A stretch of DNA of 64,000 nucleotides from the NCBI GenBank assembly GCA_047150005.1, contig AP038806.1:704001-768000 (forward strand). The letters are read 5' to 3'. The position numbers and the translations under genes were made by a program. The notes under the pieces are model-generated. The model made no database searches. It saw only the letters and a program-made list of their open reading frames with translations, and was not told where the DNA came from. The stretch is from Nitrospira sp. GTDB lineage: Bacteria > Nitrospirota > Nitrospiria > Nitrospirales > Nitrospiraceae. Position 1 is the first letter of the stretch; each line of letters begins with the position of its first letter. Of this stretch, positions 59,782-64,000 are shown piece after piece.

Positions 59782-60620
59782 CGACCGCTCATCAAAACCT
59801 TATTGAGGTGGGCTCGTATATCCCGATCCTGCATCGCACGCTGCGCGGGAGTCGCATAAAAATGATGGCGGCGGAAGTCTCCGGTTTCCCTTACGAAGGC
59901 CACGTCAACCTGAGAGAGCGCGTTGTCCAACGGGCGATATTGCAGATTTCCGAGGTCATATGGGACGAACCCGTGACTCTTCATGTAGGAAAGCACTTCG
60001 ATCAATTCAGGTCCGGACTCGAAAAACTTGAAGAGCGATGCTTCGCACAATACATACTCCGTTTCGTTCAGCGCCTCCGCGGCACCCCGTAACACATCGA
60101 GCTCTGCTCCTTGTACATCGATCTTGAGCAGGAACGGGCCCTTGACGCAGGTTTCTCTGATGACACCGTCGATGGTCACAGCGGGAACAGTCCGGGGGAC
60201 TCCGTTGACGTCCGTTCCGGTTTCCCGTTCCCGCATGACTGAAGACCCGACCAAGTCAGGATGAACATAGATGACGATATCGCCCGCGCGGGACGCGGCG
60301 GCTGCACGGATATGGAGCATCGACGGATGTCTTTTCTCCACCTCTTGAAGCGCCTGCCGATACTCAACCAGAGGTTCAATCAGCAGGTACCGGGACTCGG
60401 GAAACACGGTGACGCACTCTTCGGCAAACGCTCCATAGGCCGCGCCCACGTCGATGACTGTGGCGGGAGACAGACTACGTCTGGCCTGTCTCAGGAGCTG
60501 AGCCAGGCGCGTCCGTTCAAACCCAGGGACCTTCCCTGTGCCGACGCGATAGACATCAAAGCCGATTGAGCGACAGAGTCGTCTTACGAGGCTCTTCAGA
60601 GACACCGCTGACTGCGACAA
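59778..60620 (-). CDS. FkbM family methyltransferase
   Basis: IDVGA..G, IEP, LKIDVQGAELDVLRGA. Confidence 0.9.
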   Translation of the reverse strand: MSQSAVSLKSLVRRLCRSIGFDVYRVGTGKVPGFERTRLAQLLRQARRSLSPATVIDVGAAYGAFAEECVTVFPESRYLLIEPLVEYRQALQEVEKRHPSMLHIRAAAASRAGDIVIYVHPDLVGSSVMRERETGTDVNGVPRTVPAVTIDGVIRETCVKGPFLLKIDVQGAELDVLRGAAEALNETEYVLCEASLFKFFESGPELIEVLSYMKSHGFVPYDLGNLQYRPLDNALSQVDVAFVRETGDFRRHHFYATPAQRAMQDRDIRAHLNKVLMSGR

Positions 60621-60704
60621 GCTACGTCCTCCATCGGACCCCCAGAGCGATCACTGCGAACATCCTGGCCAGGCATTCGAACAGCCGGGACACAATTTCA
60701 AGAC

Positions 60705-61796
60705 TCACGCCGCTCTCAGCCAAGAGGCAGGCTTGGAGAAAGGAGCCAGGACCCTTCGTCCGATCGCCTTCGGCGCCTTCATGAGCCACCGTACACCGCG
60801 CAACAGGCGCCGCATCCACCGGTCCAAGTACCATACTGCAGCCACAGAGGAATGTCGAAATACCGCCAATTCCGACAAGGCATGAGGCTGCCCTCCCAAT
60901 TGAAGCTTGTAAGGAGAGAGCCCCCAAAGGAGATGGTATCGCACAAAACCTTCGCGGATAAGGTGTTGGATCGTCAGCCAAAGGGCCAGTTTTCCTAGGC
61001 GGAGTCTGTCGTACTGCCTGTGGTGACCGATGAGAAGGAAGTAGGCCTCATTTCGGTGCAGGGAGGAAAAGGTACCAGCCATCAGCTTGTCGCCATGGTA
61101 CAAACCGAAGAACAGACCGCACTCCTGAGCCAGTTTCCATCGCTGTTCGGTTAGCTGGGGATTCCAGATGTGGGTCGCACCTTTCTGCTCGATCCTCACG
61201 CGATTGAGTTCGACCAACTCCGAAACCATCTGCAGCGAAATGTCCCCTCCTCTGGCCCATGCCGTCGTGTAACCGGCTCCCCATTCTTTCTCCACACGCC
61301 TGAGATAATAGGGCAACTGGGTGCGCGCGTTCTGTCCGAGTGATTCGAGATATTCGTTCTCGGAACGCGGCAGCTCGACGACGATATCTTCATTTACGAC
61401 GACGGTGGACCACCGATGCCATGGACCGGACCAGCGCCGCACATCTTCAGGTCTCATGCAGGTGACGGTGGCGAGATCGGCATCTCGCGCTTGCAGCAAT
61501 TCCCTCAATTCGTCGCTTGTGAGTGCGGTCGGACCGAAAATGTGCAGCGTCCTGAACCACCGCCTCCAGGTCTGTTCGAGGTAGAAGCACGCTTGACTCA
61601 CCTGCGCATGCTCATCGAGACGTACCCACACGTTCGTGGCCGGCGGGAAGGCGAACTGCGCAGAAAATCTGAACGAGTTCAACCAATCTTTGGATGCATT
61701 CTGTAACGCGGACTGCGCGTCCGATGAAAGATTCGTTAGCGGGACATCCGTAAAGACGTTTGGCTCAAAGCCGGCCCATGGTCCGTTCTCAACCAT
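60705..61796 (-). CDS. GNAT/FemAB-like acyltransferase
   Basis: EYLESLG.NAR..L.YY.RR, Y...GH...YD...LG, YK..LGG pattern; lies inside the polysaccharide cluster. Confidence 0.7.
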   Translation of the reverse strand: MVENGPWAGFEPNVFTDVPLTNLSSDAQSALQNASKDWLNSFRFSAQFAFPPATNVWVRLDEHAQVSQACFYLEQTWRRWFRTLHIFGPTALTSDELRELLQARDADLATVTCMRPEDVRRWSGPWHRWSTVVVNEDIVVELPRSENEYLESLGQNARTQLPYYLRRVEKEWGAGYTTAWARGGDISLQMVSELVELNRVRIEQKGATHIWNPQLTEQRWKLAQECGLFFGLYHGDKLMAGTFSSLHRNEAYFLLIGHHRQYDRLRLGKLALWLTIQHLIREGFVRYHLLWGLSPYKLQLGGQPHALSELAVFRHSSVAAVWYLDRWMRRLLRGVRWLMKAPKAIGRRVLAPFSKPASWLRAA

Positions 61797-61851
61797 CGCT
61801 TGCCCCTCTCGCGCTATTCGACGCGCTGTTCACGCGCCGCCGTACGGTGGC

Positions 61852-62613
61852 TCACAACGGAACTCCTTGCTTCTGCGCGATGAAATGCGGCCAGAGGTCG
61901 ACGCACATGATCGGCAGACTGAAGGGCGTGAGCGGCCAAAGAACCCGGCGCTGTCCCGCAACGATCCTGGACCGTTCAAATCCGACCGAGCGAAGCTGCC
62001 TGAGGGTCCGGAGAGGGGTACTGATGTAGCAGTCGAACGGAACATCCTCCACTCCTGCGCTATACCACCGCCGAGCCAGCGCCCCGCTGCGAAGCAATGA
62101 AAGAAATCGTCCACCTTTCCAATGCGCCGGGAACAGCAGGTAGGGCAACCAGTTGTGGGACGACAACACAGCCGTTCCCCCTGGCTTCAGCACGCGCAGG
62201 ATTTCTTTCATCGCTTGCAACCGGCGTGATTCGGGAAGGATACAGTCGATTCCGTTGAAGGAGAACAGCACGTAATCGAATGCGTCGTTCGGGAACCCAA
62301 TCTCACAGGCATCCATGACACGGTAGTCGATATCGGGACGCGCGACGCGGGCGCCAGCGATCATTCGCTCAACGATGTCGGCGCCGACTACATCGTATCC
62401 GCGATCCTTTAACGCGACCGTGGTCCGTCCATAGCCACAACCCAAATCGAGCACCTTTCGTCCCGGTAGAAAATAGCGGGCAACGATGTCCGCTTCATAT
62501 CGAAGATCGCATGTGCGGTACCACGTCGATTCTGCGACGCTGTCGGAACCGAAGGCTTGGTTGCTCTTTTGCTGATGGTCGATCTGACCTTCCCCGTCCC
62601 GTGTCAGCACCAT
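61852..62613 (-). CDS. Class I SAM-dependent methyltransferase
   Basis: VLDLGCGYGR, FDYV, RVLKPGG. Confidence 0.9.
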   Translation of the reverse strand: MVLTRDGEGQIDHQQKSNQAFGSDSVAESTWYRTCDLRYEADIVARYFLPGRKVLDLGCGYGRTTVALKDRGYDVVGADIVERMIAGARVARPDIDYRVMDACEIGFPNDAFDYVLFSFNGIDCILPESRRLQAMKEILRVLKPGGTAVLSSHNWLPYLLFPAHWKGGRFLSLLRSGALARRWYSAGVEDVPFDCYISTPLRTLRQLRSVGFERSRIVAGQRRVLWPLTPFSLPIMCVDLWPHFIAQKQGVPL

Positions 62614-62658
62614 GTCTCCGCTCCTCGTCCCGTCTCCACAAGACCTTTCAATGTCGCC

Positions 62659-63843
62659 TCATAGATACTTCCCGAGAATCCCGATGAATTCCTGCATGCG
62701 GTGGTAGTAGGTATGTTCGCGAAGCGTGCGCGCCTGGCCTGCGCGCGCGACCGCTTTACGCTCCGCGTCATGCTCGAGATAGTGTCCGAGGAGCCCGATG
62801 CACTCCTCCGGATTCCGGTACGCGACTACTTCCTTTCCCGGTGTGAACATGTCGTTGAGATTGTCCTTCCAGTCGGTCAGAAGACACGTTCCAACGCCCG
62901 TCGCTTCGAACAGCCGCATGTTATTGGCGTATGGCGCGACATCGCCGTGATGGTTGAGGGTCAATTTGGACGAGCTGAGACATTGATACATCTGTCGCCC
63001 CCAAGCCTGCCCCATATAATGCCCTCGGATCGGAGATGCGGGAGGCAGATGGTCGATCGACGGGGACCATACTTTGAGTCGCGGGAAGGTTCGGCAGAGA
63101 GTTTCCAACCATCTTGCCCTGCTGCTGTGCACGTCGAAGAAACTACCGATAAAGCTGATGTCCCATTTCTTACCTGGACAGTCGCTAGTGGACAGTACGC
63201 GCGGTTCGAACCCCAACCGGCATAACTCAGTGCGAAGCCCCTTGCGTTGAAAGGTCTCCAGGGTGGCGGGGAATGAGGAGATCATCAGATCGTACCCGCT
63301 GAGATCCTCATCTTCTCGTAACGGTGTGGCTGCATGCTGGCCGACCAGAAACCGAATAGAGGGCTTCAGCTCCTTCATGAAGCGGCCCGGGATGGAATCG
63401 ACGGCTTGATTCAATACCACGTCAGGTTTGTGCTGCTTGATTTGCGCCTTCAGAACATCGAGACAGGGGTCGTGAGCCTGTGTCAGCCGCTCTGCGCGCG
63501 CGCCAAGGTAGGGCTTCAGCCGGCGGGCCGGAGTCTTCGCGACCAGACTTCTGATTCCCTGCAGAAACGATATGATCCGCCGCTGAACCGTCCAGGATTG
63601 ATCGATCTCCAAGCCGCGCTCATGTGCCCAGGCCTGCTGCAGCGCCTCGTTGTTCGCATAGAGGTCGTACGCTTCATGACCAAGCGCGCGCAGATTGCTC
63701 GAGCAAAAGTCGGCCATGCCGTAGAAGCTTTCGGCACGGACCTTCAACTGTTCATCATAGGTCTGCGCTTCCAGACCGGCATGTTCTTGATAGAGCCAGC
63801 GAATGAAGTCAGGATAATCGGCATTGAGAACAAGAAACTTCAT
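62659..63843 (-). CDS. Glycosyltransferase, CgeB-like
   Basis: DISFIGS, LNHH, NMRLFEATGVG..LLTD, HTY.HR. Confidence 0.85.
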   Translation of the reverse strand: MKFLVLNADYPDFIRWLYQEHAGLEAQTYDEQLKVRAESFYGMADFCSSNLRALGHEAYDLYANNEALQQAWAHERGLEIDQSWTVQRRIISFLQGIRSLVAKTPARRLKPYLGARAERLTQAHDPCLDVLKAQIKQHKPDVVLNQAVDSIPGRFMKELKPSIRFLVGQHAATPLREDEDLSGYDLMISSFPATLETFQRKGLRTELCRLGFEPRVLSTSDCPGKKWDISFIGSFFDVHSSRARWLETLCRTFPRLKVWSPSIDHLPPASPIRGHYMGQAWGRQMYQCLSSSKLTLNHHGDVAPYANNMRLFEATGVGTCLLTDWKDNLNDMFTPGKEVVAYRNPEECIGLLGHYLEHDAERKAVARAGQARTLREHTYYHRMQEFIGILGKYL

Positions 63844-64000
63844 GCTTCGGCCTTGTCCAGCATGGCTACGAATTGTTCGACTACCACTTCACTCGCGAAC
63901 CTTGATGCGGCATCGTTCGCCGCCTCGATGCGCATGGCAGTGCGACGCTTCGCCTCCATCAATCGAACGGCTGCCTTGATTAATTCCTCGACGTCGAGAT
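63840..64000 (-). CDS. C-terminal end of a probable glycosyltransferase (runs off the window)
   Basis: Hand translation LDVEELIKAAVRLME...AASRFASEVVVEQFVAML..; TGA overlaps the next ATG. Confidence 0.6.
   Translation of the reverse strand, partial: LDVEELIKAAVRLMEAKRRTAMRIEAANDAASRFASEVVVEQFVAMLDKAEA

Noticed and set aside
60622..60981. 119-aa alternative-frame ORF suggesting a frameshift in the GNAT-like gene
   Set aside because: The main ORF looks complete and the alternative frame has no motif or slippery site that I could identify.

Overview
GC-rich bacterial chromosomal window. Gene content and repeat style suggest a Nitrospira-like organism (inference only). From left to right: partial miaA, mutL and a complete tol-pal operon with two CpoB-like genes (all minus strand); tRNA-Asp and tRNA-Val; xerD; an LpoA-like gene, M50 protease and trpS; a run of small or hypothetical genes; an accessory patchwork at ~22.5-26.7 kb; gltD-gltB; a prenyltransferase, DUF1015 protein, sigma54 response regulator, amgK-murU, GH57-galT and a TtuB/TtuA-like tRNA thiolation pair; pagL-like, DnaJ-like, MarC, Spy-like, PepSY and ilvD genes; and the distal ~15 kb of a surface-polysaccharide cluster. 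The accessory patchwork holds a ~150-bp structured repeat in two inverted copies, two ~110-bp direct repeats ending in GTCCCC, an IS5-family element fused in tandem to a 159-bp MITE with the same ends, and a two-gene nucleotidyltransferase cassette bracketed by two diverged copies of the last 80 codons of gltD. No integrase is next to that cassette. Other notable signals: inverted heptamer-repeat arrays (one inside a CDS), a sulfur carrier whose GG is masked by a 10-aa tail, and several apparently leaderless genes. All product calls come from motifs read by eye; no database searches were run.
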